Assembly: GCF_035084215.1 (NCBI RefSeq)
Contig: NC_090347.1
Span: 8,742,001-8,806,000, forward strand
DNA length: 64,000 nucleotides
Direction: 5' to 3'
Source: Heptranchias perlo
Lineage: Eukaryota
The position numbers and the translations under genes are program-made. Below are positions 29,060 through 42,479 of the stretch, piece by piece. Numbering within the stretch: position 1 is the stretch's first letter; the number at the start of each line of letters is the position of its first letter. The notes under the pieces are model-generated. The model was not told the DNA's origin. It did no database searches and was given only the letters and a program-made list of their open reading frames with translations.

Positions 29060-30420
29060 ATACATACTTCATGAATGGTGTCAAAATAGCTGGGGATGAA
29101 ATTCATAGATCTTAGGTATTTTAGTAGACTTAGTGTTCAACATATCCAACCGCTGCAGAGCATCACTTAATAAAGCTAATAAAATGCTGAACTATGTAGC
29201 CAAAAAAGTAGAATACGAGTCAGATGAAGTCATGGTCAGGGTCTTGTGCTTTCGTCAGAGCACACTTTGAGTACTGTGCCCAGTTCTGGTCATCAAGACA
29301 CAAGGGAAATATTCAGCCCCTGGAAGCAGTTCAGGTAAGAGCCAGGGTGATCCCCAATGTCAGAGGATTGAGTTAGGAGGAGCGCTTTGTTTTTTTTAAA
29401 CCTTAAAGGAGGTAACTGTGAGGTGACTTCACAGATTGGAGGGTGGCAAATGTAACCCCACTATTTAAAAAAAAGAGGGAGAGAAAACAGGGAACTACAA
29501 ACCGGTTAGCCTAACATCAGTAGTAGGGAAAACACTAGAGTCTATTATAAAGGATGTGATAACAGGACACTTAGAAAATATCAACGGGATTAGTCAAAGT
29601 CAACATGGATTTATGAAAGGGAAATCATGTTTGATAAACCTACTGGAGTTTTTTTTGAGGATGTAACTGGTAGAATAGATAAGGGCGAACCAGTGGATAT
29701 GGTTTAGTTATATTTTCAGAAGGCCTCTGATAAAGTCCCACATAAGAGGTTAGTGTGCAAAATTAAAGCACATGGGATTGGGGATAATATACTGACGTGG
29801 ATTGAAAATTGGTTAACAGACAGGAAACAGAGAGTAGGAATAAATGGGTCTTTTTCGGGGTGGCAGGCGGTGACTAATGGGGTACCGCAGGGATCAATGC
29901 TTGGGCCCCAGCTATTCACAATATATATCAATGATTTGGATTAGGGAACCAAATGTAATATTTCCAAGTTTGCTGACGACACAAAACTAGGTGGGATCGT
30001 GAGTTGTGAGGAGGATGCAAAGAGGTTTCAAGGCGATTTAGGCAAGTTGAGTGAGTGGGCAAATACATGGCAGATGCAGTATAAGAGAGAGCATATAAGA
30101 ATATGGTATTGAGATAGAGGATCAGCCATGATTATATTGAATGGCGGAGCAGGCGCGAAGGGCCAAATGGCCTACTCCTGCTCCTATTTTCTATGTTTCT
30201 AAGCATACAAGATTGTAAACAGTACAGAAAAGATCATTTCAAAACAACTTCAAATTAAACAAAGGTTCAAACTAATAAAAGACAAATTTAAGACTGATGT
30301 CAAAGTTTTTTTGTCACAAAAGGGAGCAATTAACAAATGAGTATTATTTAAGAAACAACTGGAGACTGTGACGGGTGGGAATATATGAACAGGAAAAGAT
30401 CCACTCGTCCATCTGTTGAA
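29060..30420 (+). mobile_element. Nested CR1 fragments: a younger copy at ~29435-30200 inside an older one
   Basis: RT motifs ([18 protein letters not shown]) and a CR1 3' UTR at ~30120-30200. Confidence 0.75.
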
Positions 30421-33400
30421 TCTTTCCTGCTCAACTGGATTTATCTTGTGATCTTGGAGCAGAACCAGAGGTGGGAATCCAGACTGTGTTAGATTTAAAT
30501 TATATTGTACAGGCAGTGAAAATTTATCATTGTGTATGTTAAAGTTTTTCACTTTTACAAATAATGGCAAGGAATATGACAGTTTTTTCTCAAGCTTGAA
30601 TGCCTTCAGCAGCTGCATTGTGAAACTGAATGTACATACATTAGCAAAAGGAAAACAGACACCTTCTCGTAGAAAGGAATCAGGTTATTTCAGAAGTTTC
30701 CACGGTGACATTACTTACGATCACAACTGAAAAGCGCATAAATTAATTTTTCTTAAACTGTACTCTTCTACTCTTACGCAGATGTCTTTTTCACAAAACA
30801 CATAATAATCATGTAAATGATAAGTGCTTGAATGAGCCTAATTCTCCTCCAGAAATAACAGCACCACAAAATTCAGATATCCCCATTTAGCTGCAGATAG
30901 CATGTTCTGGGTGAAGAGATACCGTAGCCATATGCAACCCAGTCTTTACGCAAAGGTTCACATCTTATTAAAGTCCTTTCTCCATCTTTCACAAAATAAG
31001 ACTCAAATGTGCACCAGCTCACAGACTGAGGACTCACAGTCCCTCTGCTGATCATAATTCACTTTTCCACTAAAAAGAAATTTCAGAAGTAGTCCCAAGT
31101 TTATTGCCCGACATTCCCACTACCATAGCCGTGACCCCAGTAGTATATCCACCAGATTATCCAGTACTTCCTACTGTCATTTATGATGCTAGAAACATCT
31201 CTCAGTCATGAACAGTGCACTAGAAATATGAGCCTTTTTTAATCCTCCAGCATTTACCCAAAGTTCAGTGATCCTTATTTTTAGTCACACAAACACACTT
31301 CACTACTTACTGATGTGTGAATCCTCCCTATCGGAAAAAAAGAACTCCCAAGTTCCTTTTTCCTAATGTATGCAACACATTTGTGAAACGTTAACTTAAG
31401 ATAACCAAGGGTTTACTAAGTAAATGCACTACAGGTAATGATAGAGATATTTAGATAAGATGGTCTCAAGTTTTCCACCCTATCATTAAAACTGGACTCT
31501 CACCTCCTTAGATATCCTTGAAGGGCATGTGGAGTGGGGGGTGAGTGCATCCATATCTATTCAATCACAAAGGTAGATGCACCATCTCTTTTGGTAGACA
31601 GCAGAGATGGACATAAATCTAAGTGAAATTATTAGAATTGCCCCTCTTTAAAACACCATATGGTTTATGCAGAAGTTAACGTACTTCTATGCCCCACTTT
31701 CAGTGACAGTATTTTCAACAGATGCCACGTAGTAATCCAAACAAGCAGGTGCAGCAAAAGTGGAAATAAATTGTTAGCACAGATAGTACCATTACACACA
31801 GAACATAATTGATCTTATCTTAGAACTATCATCAAGCACCTCACCTTTCCAATGTGAGGGATTTATGTGCATTTTTAAGTTTGCACACACCTGTGTACTG
31901 TTTATGAATGCTGACGAAGGGAACATTTTTTCCACCTTGCAAAATGCAGTCATCCCAAGTCAGAAGAAAAACAAATCTACACTGTGTTAGTAACTTGACT
32001 CAACTCTGTGGTCAAACACAATTGCTAACTAAATTATTCTGACCTCCACAAATAATAAGCAAGAGGTGTTTATGAAGTTATGTAAATAGTATAACTTAAT
32101 CTGGAAAATTGCACACATGTTCAGTTCATAGATATTTTTCATTACCCCCCTCCTCTGACGAAAGGCATTGAATCTTTGCTGGGGTTCTGTCGGATGCCTG
32201 TCTGTACCTTGTTCAATTGGCTATTATTCATGTGTCAACAGACTATTCAACCATTGGCAGCATTGTAAATTAGCCTAATCCCGTCCTAACTGGCCATCCA
32301 CATGTGCATACTTTCCAGCAGGCCAATTTTGCTCTCCGAACCCAGGGGTACTGAAGGTAATTGCAACATTCCTATTGTCAATTAAGTACAGATCAAGGAT
32401 TGAACCTGGGACTTTCCTGGCTGTATAGCTCAGTTACTGCCTACAAAACGGTAACTACACTTTAAAAGTAACTCATTGTCCGTGAAATACTTTGGAACAG
32501 TCTCAGGACATGGGCGATGCAATATAAATAAAAATTCTCTCTTTCTTTATTCACAGGATAAACTCGCCAAGACATTGGAGGAGATTAATTTACAACTGAA
32601 ATGAAAATTTTGATTCTGTTTTCTTCCCCATAATTTCCTGTCCTGAACATATTTGTTCTCACTAAGGTATGGTTCCACAAACATAAGAAAAGGGTGAGAA
32701 AAGACCATCAGGCCCATCAAACTGGCCTCACCCAGACAACAGTGTTACAACTGTAGCCACTGCTACCCAAGCAGAGATCAACAAATTCAGAGATTGGAGG
32801 ATGGAACCTTCCTGTCTGAATGACTCAGTACCAGGCAGTAACTTTACTCATTAAACTGTTGATGTGAGGGGGCGGGGGGAGGAGTTGATTTACATTATTA
32901 ATATGGATGGCAACTTGGGTGGGTAGAAATATTTTCAATGTATGTACACTTTACTTTTCATATATCGTTGAAAATTATTCTTGGACTGCTCATTCAAGCT
33001 ACCAAACAGAATCAATTCTGATGCCCAGTTGAAATTTTCTGCATATCTGAGTGGTAATCAATGGCAACTAGCCATTGCAACACAAGGACACCTAGATATC
33101 CATATATGTCCACTTGCCTTCCATTAAAAATCAGTTCTTCAGCTTCTACACTCTTGCCCTTCAATTAGTGAAGATTTATCAAAGAAGTTATTACTTTGGG
33201 ATACATTTAAAACACCCCTCTTTAGCTACAAATAGTAAGGGAAACAATGGTCAAATTGGAGACAACCAGACTTGGACCATCAATTTTGATAATTATCATT
33301 ACGATTTCCTGAATTTGACATTTACCGGTAGGGTAGCATTACTAGAACAAAATGATCTATAATTAGAAAAAAATTAAATTAGCATTCAGTATTGTGGTCA

Positions 33401-36076
33401 TTACTTAGAATACATGCCTGACACTCAGTAATCAACTACAAGTTTAGTGCAAAATATCATGATCATTAATCTTCTTAATGGAAACATCACAACCGATCAA
33501 GAACACAAGCTGCTGTGATAACAAATGTCCACCCTGAAAGCCATTGTAAGCACAAGAACTAATTATGGCATAATAAAACTCCCATACTATTTATCATATA
33601 TATATGGTTTCTCATGGTACAGAATACAGTTGTAAACTGTTCAAACTTTGTCCTTCTTGTCAGACGTCATCTGAACCTTGTGATTAGTTTACAGCATTGG
33701 AATCACACTTGAATATCTAATATTCCAGATTGAATTGTATATTAAGAAAATTGTTTCTTTAGTTTCTTCAAAAGCAGCACTATAAATGTGAAAAAGATGT
33801 TCACTTGATTAGAATACTGAATTTACCAAACACTGTTTTCTTGGTCAAAATGTATTTTTGCACTACATTGACTAAGCTGACTTGATCTCTCTGAGAGGCA
33901 TTTAAATTAATGGTACAAGCCAAAATTCAGTTACGCTTGGGATACTTTGGAAGTTAACCTACTTAAACTACACAAACATTATACACATTCTTGTAGTTTA
34001 ACCACTAAAGTCCAATAGTTTGGTTATAAATTGTTTTAAAAAAAATTCTTCTCTCCTTAGTAGGGGAAGCATAATGTTAATATGAAGGGCCAATAATAAT
34101 AAGACACAAATTAATTTTGACTTCAATAATTTCTCCTTAAGCTCACAAAGTAAAAAAATGTTCTCCGAATGTGTTAAAAGTTTCCCTTGTCAATCCACTT
34201 CTGGTAATGCAATGCCAATTGAATGTTTGGTTAGTCATTAGCATGGAGCTCATTTTTACTTGCTCTCCTTCAAAGCTTCTCTATACAGGGTATGTAACTG
34301 TAGATGAAAGCAAAAGGCTGATGCATTGAAGTTATAAATAAACCCAAACAGGTGATTATTTTCCCCCATCCCTACCTCATCAGTTGACATACAGAACATA
34401 AGTTTAACTGAAGCAGAGAAATTGCCTGTTTTAAAATGTAATAGAGACATTTGAAGGCCGAGGACGTTGGTGTTGAAAACATTTACTGCCTGGAGATACA
34501 CGCTTTAATTATGTTGGTCAAAGGTACCACCTAGAATTTTATCAATTCTTTAATTGCTGTCAAATAGCATTCCAGAGGAATCACTTATTTACTGTGTCAA
34601 AGGAACATATTGTTACAATTCAATTTGGTAAAACACCCGTATAATACAAACATACGAATTAAGAGCAGGAGTAGGCCATTGCTCAAATCATGCCAGATCT
34701 GCTTTACAATATTACTTGTAGATTCCACTATGACTGTAAACGTGTTGCAACATGAGAGTTAACAATATTCATGGAAAGGTTAAGAATTATACACAACTGT
34801 GCACAAGACCAGAAATTTATGTCCCTGTTTGGAGCCAATAGTGTGCCTCTAGGTGTGTGTTGGGGGAGGTGGAAACAGCATGCAATACAAATGTTGGCAG
34901 GTGTTAACCCAATTTACATCATAGAGAAATGTAGACCCATTACAGCATTTCCCTACTTGCATATACCTGTCTTTCAGATTAACTGTCAGTCTCTCTAAAA
35001 TAATTAGTACTGAGAAGCATAAAATATTTTCAGTATTGCCCTCTGACATAATTTAGACACTTTTGTGATATCATGAGTTTGAAGTATCTTCCCCCACTCC
35101 AATCAAAGCACGTTTTGTTTTAGTCATAAAAATAACTTTAGTTTTAGTCTTGCATTTTTATCTCATAATTTATAGTCTTCATAAAAAGGTTAGCCCCATT
35201 TTATCGCATCTTTTGATCCCAAATTTTAGTTCTAGCCTTTTCAGGATTTTCTTTGAAAAGTTATGTTTCAAAAAATGTTGTAACTGTTGTTTCACTTTTC
35301 ACATAACCACAAAAATGTCAAGAAATAATAAACTGGTCCTTGAATGACAACCAAAACTTTACTCATCTGTTTCAATTTCTAACACATGTTTCAAAAGTTG
35401 TGGACGACTGACCAGTATTGCTTGCCTTGGAAAATTTTAGTTTCATCATTACCTTGAATTTTTTTTTTGCTTCTAAGTTTCATGAGATATGGTGTCTTGA
35501 CTTTAGTTTTACTGATTAAAAGAATTAATTTTAGTCAACAAAGACACAGCAAGGCAGATACAGTAGCTGAGACAGTAGGACCTGAAAGTGTGAAGTTACT
35601 CCCAACGTGACTGACTTCCTTTGATTTTCTACAAACCAATGATACATATGAAGACGTTAGGTTGTCAAAGTGAAGCTCTATCTGAACCAACCGTAGGCAG
35701 TACGTACTGAAGCTCATCTCAAATACAAACTGTAATTGATTTTTGGTTTACCATAGTTTGTTTAAAGTTAAAATTGAAGCCACATTTTGCTACTACATCT
35801 GCACACTTTCAACCATTTTTACTTTAATAGTAAAGGGCAAGAAACATTTTGCATGAGCATTATTTAAAACTAGAATGCCAAGTTCCCTGAATAGATCAAC
35901 TGGTTAAACCAGTGAATATGTGACCAGGTATATCCCATATTCGATCCATGGTCTGCGCTAAGCTGATCTCAGCGGGGGCAATAGTAAGGGCATTACCATT
36001 GATTCGAATATCCTGGCTTGTTTGTGGAAAAATATGCCAGAGTTCCTGCTTCTGTTTGCCATGTAGCGATCCATAC

Positions 36077-37347
36077 TTTTTTTTTATTCGTTCACGGGAT
36101 GTGGGCGTTGCTGGCAAGGCCAGCATTTATTGCCCATCCCTAATTGCCTTCGAGAAGGTGGTGGTGAGCCGCCTTCTTGAACCGCTGCAGTCCGTGTGGT
36201 GACGGTTCTCCCACAGTGCTGTTAGGAAGGGAGTTCCAGGATTTTGACCCAGCGACAATGAAGGAACGGCGATATACTTCCAAGTCGGGATGGTGTGTGA
36301 CTTGGAGGGGAATGTGCAGGTGGTGTTGTTCCCATGTGCCTGCTGCTCTTGTCCTTCTAGGTGGTAGAGGTCGCGGGTTTGGGAAGTGCTGTCGAAGAAG
36401 CCTTGGCGAGTTGCTGCAGTGCATCCTGTGGATGGTACACACTGCAGCCACAGTGCGCCGGTGGTGAAGGGAGTGAATGTTTAGGGTGGTGGATGGGGTG
36501 CCAATCAAGCGGGCTGCTTTATCTTGGATGGTGTCGAGCTTCTTGAGTGTTGTTGGAGCTGCACTCATCCAGGCAAGTGGAGAGTATTCCATCACACTCC
36601 TGACTTGTGCCTTGCAGATGGTGGAAAGGCTTTGGGGAGTCAGGAGGTGAGTCACTCGCCGCAGAATACCCAGCCTCTGACCTGCTCTCGTAGCCACAGT
36701 ATTTATATGGCTGGTCCAGTTAAGTTTCTGGTCAATGGTGCCCCCCAGGATGTTGATGGTGGGGGATTCGGTGATGGTAATGCCGTTGAATGTCAGGGGG
36801 AGGTGGTTAGACTCTCTTGTTGGAGATGGTCATTGCCTGGCACTTATCTGGTGCGAATGTTACTTGCCACTTATCAGCCCAAGCCTGGATGTTGTCCAGG
36901 TCTTGCTGCATGCGGGCTCGGACTGCTTCATTATTTGAGGGGTTGCGAATGGAACTGAACACTGTGCAGTCATCAGCGAACATCCCCATTTCTGACCTTA
37001 TGATGGAGGGAAGGTCATTGATGAAGCAGCTGAAGATGGTTGGGCTTAGGACACTGCCCTGAGGAACTCCTGCAGCAATGTCCTGGGGCCGAGATGATTG
37101 GCCTCCAACAACCACTACCATCTTCCTTTGTGCTAGGTATGACTCCAGCCACTGGAGAGTTTTCCCCCTGATTCCCATTGACTTCAATTTTACTAGGGCT
37201 CCTTGGTGCCACACTCGGTCAAATGCTGCCTTGATGTCAAAGGCAGTCACTCTCACCTCACCTCTGGAATTCAGCTCTTTTGTCCATGTTTGGACCAACG
37301 CTGTAATGAGGTCTGGAGCCGAGTGGTCCTGGCGGAACCCAAACTGA
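36077..37347 (-). mobile_element. 5'-truncated copy of the same LINE family
   Basis: RT ORFs 36807-37382 and 36140-36697; same 3' terminus with poly(A). Confidence 0.92.
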
Positions 37348-38029
37348 AAGTGTTTGTGGTTAAGTAGACTGCTGACACTCACTGCCGTCCCATGTGAAGA
37401 AGGTCCACTCCGGGGGAACTACATTTAAACAAGAAATTAACATCTGCAGGAGAGAAAGTGGAAAAATAGGTGGGATAAAGAAAAAACGTCACTAATTAAA
37501 AAGAAGTTGAGATGTTGGCCGCTGGATTTATATGCATGACCTAGCGCCTGGGTCCTCCAAATCCACCTATGAGTCAGAGATATTTAATCGACAAGTACAA
37601 CAGATGCGATTGTTCACCTAGTTTTAGTTAGTTAACAGAAGAAATAGGAATGATGGAATAGGAGAAAAAACCAACACAGAGAAGCACAAATAAATAAGCC
37701 ATCTGATTTTAGAGTTAAACACAATAAATATCCCATAAAAGATTAATTTCAAAATTAGGGTTAAATATTATAAAACCAGAAATGTCAACATCAGCATACC
37801 AGAGTGGGGAGGTGACATGTGGAGCCACTTTTCCCATTTCATGCTACCTTCTGTTCATTTGTAATTTTTTTGAACGATATAGGAGGTTAAAATAAAGTCC
37901 ATCATCCAAGGGAGACAGGGCTTTCTCTCAATCTGCCCATGTCAAGAAATATAACCACCCCAAAATCTGCTCCCCCATGGCAAATCCACCCAAGTCCCAC
38001 CTTTCCAGTGACTGCACCCTGGACAGTCT

Positions 38030-38960
38030 TTCCCCTACCCTGAATGTATCCTATGCAGTCTCCTCTTCTTCCCCCCCCCATCCCCACACTCCCGTGAACG
38101 CATCCCATAAACAGTCTACCCCCTCCCATTGAATGCATCCCGTATACAGTCTTCGCCCCCACCGTGAACGCATCCCGCATACAGTCCTCCCCAGTGAATG
38201 CATCCCATATACAGTCATCCCCCCCCACCATGAACGCATCCCGTATACAATCTCCACCCCCTCCCCCCCGACCGTGAACACATCCCGTATACAGTCTTCC
38301 CCCACCGTGAACACATCCCGTATACAATCTCCACCCCCCCCACCTTGGACGCATCCTGTATACAGTCTATACACCCCCCCCCTACCAGGAACGCATCCCG
38401 TATATGGTCTCCCCACCCCCCAGTGTGCTCATCCCATATACGGTCTCCCCCACCCCCCCCCAGTGAACTCATCCCGTATACGGTCTCCCCCACCCCCCCA
38501 AGTGAACTCATCCCGTATACGGTCTCCCCCCACCCACCCCCCCCAAGTGAACTCATCCCGTATACGGTCCCCCCCCCCAGTGAACTCATCCCGTGTACGG
38601 TCTCCCTCCCCCCCCAAGTGAACACATCCCGTATACGGTCCCCCCCCCGACAAGCGAACGCATCCCGTATATGGTCCCCCCCCCCCCAAGCGAACGCATT
38701 CCGTATACGGTCTTCCTCCACAATGAACGCATCCCGTATACAGTCTTCCCCCACAGTGAATGCATCCCATACAGTCACTCCCCCCCCACCTCACAGTGAA
38801 CACATCTCCTACAGTCCCTCCTGTGAACACATTCCGTACAGTCCCTCCTGTGAACACATTCCATACAGTCCCTCCTGTGAACACATTCCATACAGTCCCT
38901 CCTGTGAACACATTCCATACGCAGTCCCACAGCGAACACATCCCGCATAGTCTCCCCCAG
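38030..38960. repeat. C-rich minisatellite (core GTGAACNCATCCCGTATACRGTC plus a variable poly-C run, ~30-37 nt units)
   Basis: Directly visible diverged tandem array; it explains the overlapping low-complexity ORFs. Confidence 0.93.
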
Positions 38961-39445
38961 TAAGTCCATCATGTATACAGTCCATTCCTCTCCATAAACT
39001 CTCCACCTTTAGAAAAATAAAGTTCCTGAAAAGTCCCCTTAGCCCAGTGGTAGTTCATTCTGATATACAACGACTGGGATGGCTCAAAGCGGGTGCATTC
39101 AGTCTGCATCACCAATAGTTTAATGGTTACATTTCATAGAATTACATAGGATTTACAGCACAGAAAAGGGCCATTCGGCCTAACTGGTCTCTGCTGGTGC
39201 TTATGCCCATGCTCAATAGGTGCCTCCTCCCACTCTCTTCATCTAACCCGATCAGCATAACCTTCTATTCCTTTCTCCCTCATGTATTTACTTAGCTTTC
39301 CCTTAAAGGCATCTATGCTATTCGCCTCAATCACTCCATGTGGTAACGAGTTCATTCTGCACAAAACGAAAGAACCTCTGAGCACTTACAAATATTCAGC
39401 AAAATATAATGGAAACAAGGACATGATTTCCCCCCCTCTGTAGAC

Positions 39446-40445
39446 CTTAAGAGATAGGAGCAGTAGGCCATTCAGCCTGCCCGTCATTTAATGAGATCAT
39501 GGTTGATCTGATTTTTACCTCAACTCCACTTTCCCGCCCTTTCCCCATATCCTTTGGCTCACTTGCTGATCAAAAATTTGTCTAACTAAGCCTTGAATGT
39601 ATTCAATGACTCAGCCTCCACAGCTTCTTGGGGTAAAGAATTCCAAAGATTCACGACCCTCTGGGAGGAGAAATTCCTCCTCATTTCTGTCTTAAATGGG
39701 CGACCCCTTATTCTGATACTATGCCCCCCAGTTTTAGATTGCCCCATGAGGGGTAATATCCTCTCAGCATCTACCCTATCAAGTCCCCTCACAATCTTGT
39801 ATGTTTCAATAAGATCTCCTCTCATTCTTCTAAACTCCAGTGAGTATAGACCCAACCTGTTCAATCTTTCCTCAAAAGACAACCCTTCCATACCCGGAAT
39901 CAACCTAGTGAACCTTCTCTGAACTGCCTCCAATGTAAGTATATCCTTCCTTAAATAAGGGAACCAGAACTGGATGCAGTACTCCAGGTGTGGTCTCACC
40001 AGCACCCTGTACAGTTGTGGCATGACTTCCCTGCTTTTATACTCCATTCCCCCTAGAAATAAAGGCCAATATTCCGTTTGCCTTCTGGGTTACCCGCTGC
40101 ACCTGTATGTTGACTTTGTGTTTCATGTACGAGGACACCCAGATCCCTCTGCATCGCAGCATTTTGTAGTATTTCTCCGTTCAAATAACATTTTGCTTTT
40201 TTAATTTTCCTCCCATAGTGGATGACTTCACATTTTCCCACATTATATTCCATCTGCCAAATTTTTGCCCATTCGCTTAACCTGTCAATATCCCTTCGCA
40301 GATACTTTGTGTCCTCATCGCAACTTGTTTTTCCACCTATCTTTGTATCAGCAGCAAATTTGGCCACAAGACCCTCTGTTCCTTCATCCAAGTCATTGAT
40401 AAATATTGTAAATAGTTGAAGCCCCAGCACTGAGCCCTGCGGCAT
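39446..40445 (-). mobile_element. CR1 LINE 3' portion
   Basis: ORFs PQGSVLGLQLF..FAADTK and LVRPHLEYC..RRMRGDLIETYKI..WNSLP. Confidence 0.92.
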
Positions 40446-40818
40446 CAGATTCACCACAACCGATCATATTTCTGTCAGACTTTGGCTATACAGACTGGCA
40501 ATGCAAGGTATGTATTGCCGCGTTTGGTCCCCAGGATTGAGCAAACATTTAAAACCGATCGAGGAATGACAAGAGAAAACTTTTACTTTGTACCCAAATT
40601 GGTAAAGACGTGAGAGAAAATGGGACGAGGAGAAGAGGGGCAGAAGCCGAACCTTCAAAAAGGCGAGGGAGATAACCCGTTATTTATATATATATATATA
40701 TATATTTAATTAATAATAAAAAGAGAACGCAAGCTCCCTGGTCAGGACTTGGATGGAGGCCTCTCATCTCCTTCCTTATCCGAGTGACAGGACGAATATA
40801 AACCGGCTTCTCACTCAC

Positions 40819-40901
40819 CAGCCATCGCACCAGACCTTCACCATTCGCTTCCTCTTCTCGGGGGAGCCGTTGTCACGAGAGGCCACTCCGTTTTTAATCA
40901 T
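40819..40901 (-). CDS. PCYT2: PCYT2 coding exon 1 (MIKNGVASRDNGSPEKRKRMVKVWCDG-C)
   Basis: ATG at 40901. The 83-nt exon ends TG|GTGAGT. The translation resembles the vertebrate PCYT2 N-terminus (MIRNG...VRVWCDGC). Confidence 0.95.
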
Positions 40902-40949
40902 ATCGGTCACTCCTGCCAATATATTTCGATAAGATATATATATATATAA

Positions 40950-41115
40950 TAGTTCAATATTATCTCGGTGCGGTGCGTCTCTTGCTCGCTCGCGCTCTCG
41001 CCGAAAGCTCTGGAATTTACTGGAAGGCACAGCTCGCGCTTCGTTACGTCCGCCACCGGCTCGCACCACCCGCTCCCAGCCAATCGGAGCTCAGCCCGCC
41101 GCCGGAAATGACATC
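40950..41115 (-). promoter_or_regulatory. PCYT2 proximal promoter / CpG island edge
   Basis: CpG-rich. CCAAT box (agccaatcg ~41078-41086), ETS-like CCGGAAAT (41102-41109), GC-rich boxes. Confidence 0.6.
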
Positions 41116-41121
41116 GCGGAG

Positions 41122-41873
41122 AGTCGGTTGAGCGGTTCTGCATACGGCTGTGTGTGTGTTTGTGTATAGTCGTCGTACGGCGGTGAGCGGCTCAGCGTAC
41201 GGCTGTGTGTGTTTGTGTATAGTCGTCGTACGGCGGTGAGCGGCTCAGCGTACGGCTGTGTGTGTTTGTGTATAGTCGTCGTACGGCGGTGAGCGGCTCA
41301 GCGTACGGCTGTGTGTGTGTATAGTCGTCGTACGGCGGTGAGCGGCTCAGCGTACGGCTGTGTGTGTTTGTGTATAGTCGTCGTACGGCGGTGAGCGGCT
41401 CAGCGTACGGCTGTGTGTGTATAGTCGTCGTACGGCGGTGAGCGGCTCAGCGTACGGCTGTGTGTGTGTATAGTCGTCGTACGGCGGTGAGCGGCTCAGC
41501 GTACGGCTGTGTGTGTGTGTGTGTGTGTGTGTATAGTCGTCGTACGGCGGTGAGCGGCTCAGCGTACGGCTGTGTGTGTGTGTGTAGTCGTCGTACGGCG
41601 GTGAGCGGCTCAGCGTACGGCTGTGTGTGTTTGTGTATAGTCGTCGTACGGAGGTGAGCGGCTCAGCGTACGGCTGTGTGTGTAGTCGTCGTACGGCGGT
41701 GAGTGGCTCAGCGTACGGCTGTGTGTGTAGTCGTCGTACGGCGGTGAGTGGCTCAGCGTACGGCTGTGTGTGTCGTCGTCGTACGGCGGTGAGCGGCTCA
41801 GCGTACGGCTGTGTGTGTAGTCGTCGTACGGCGGTGAGCGGCTCAGCGTACGGCTATGTGTGTGTAGTCGTCG
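41122..41873. repeat. CpG-rich minisatellite: 14 copies of a 37-nt core AGTCGTCGTACGGCGGTGAGCGGCTCAGCGTACGGCT plus a variable (GT)n linker, and one degenerate leading unit
   Basis: Directly visible tandem array with a period of about 45-63 nt. Confidence 0.97.
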
Positions 41874-41999
41874 CGCACACGCGTGTCACCCAAAACAAAA
41901 ATATATATATTTTTTTTTAAAAAACACATACACAAACATACATCAAGCGAATTAGGTGGGTGTAAAAAAAAATGTCAGTGATTATAAATTAGTTGGATG

Positions 42000-42252
42000 T
42001 TGTCGCCGGTGCAGCTGATGTTTTAGTCAACAACCGGGTCCCATCACCTGCTGCCGGCGCCGTCCGTCGTGTCGTCAAAAACCGGTGACTAATGATTGAT
42101 GGCAGAACTGACCAATCAAAAGCAGGGGAAATTGATGTGCAACTGCGTCATAAAGAAATTGGACGAATAAACTGCGGGCAGGGGCGGGATTATCCCGGAA
42201 AGGGGGCGCGTTTGTGAAAGGCCAGAGAATGGAGCGAAGCGAGCGCGCCAAA
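42000..42252 (+). promoter_or_regulatory. CENPX proximal promoter
   Basis: CCAAT (gaccaatca ~42110), inverted CCAAT (attgg ~42158), GC box ggggcggg (42181), ETS-like cccggaa, and E2F consensus GCGCCAAA at 42245-42252. Confidence 0.65.
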
Positions 42253-42261
42253 TTTAAGAAA
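42229..42261 (+). CDS. CENPX: CENPX (CENP-X/MHF2/STRA13) exon 1 (MERSERAKFKK)
   Basis: ATG in a good context (gaaATGG-like: agagaATGG), GTAAGT donor; splices in frame to exon 2. Confidence 0.88.
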
Positions 42262-42479
42262 GTAAGTTTATTTAATCAGTATTTGTTAAGTAGCTGGATA
42301 TGTTGTGCTTTATTGAACCCTTAGTTCTAAAGAACTCTGTCCTAAGAACTAAATTAATTTTTATAGAAGCTAATCTGTATCAAATTCCTCCCATGTGTAG
42401 TTTTTTAAAAATCTTATCTAATCTTCACCGCCTTCATTTTCACTTTTTAAAGTCTTTGTTTTAGCTTGTGTGCAGTGAC

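Noticed and set aside
37902-39006. Multiple long Pro/Gly-rich ORFs on both strands
   Set aside because: By-products of the stop-poor minisatellite.
40907-41143. Upstream ORF ending just before the PCYT2 ATG
   Set aside because: Its ATG lies upstream of the CCAAT/ETS promoter elements, so it is probably not in the transcript.
41183-41194. Resemblance of GTGAGCGGCTCA to the lac operator (vector contamination)
   Set aside because: Only a short partial match, with no other vector sequence, and it is embedded in a native CpG island.
41122-41873. CRISPR-like array (37-nt partly palindromic repeats with spacers)
   Set aside because: The spacers are only (GT)n of variable length, not unique sequences. 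There are no cas genes and the context is vertebrate.
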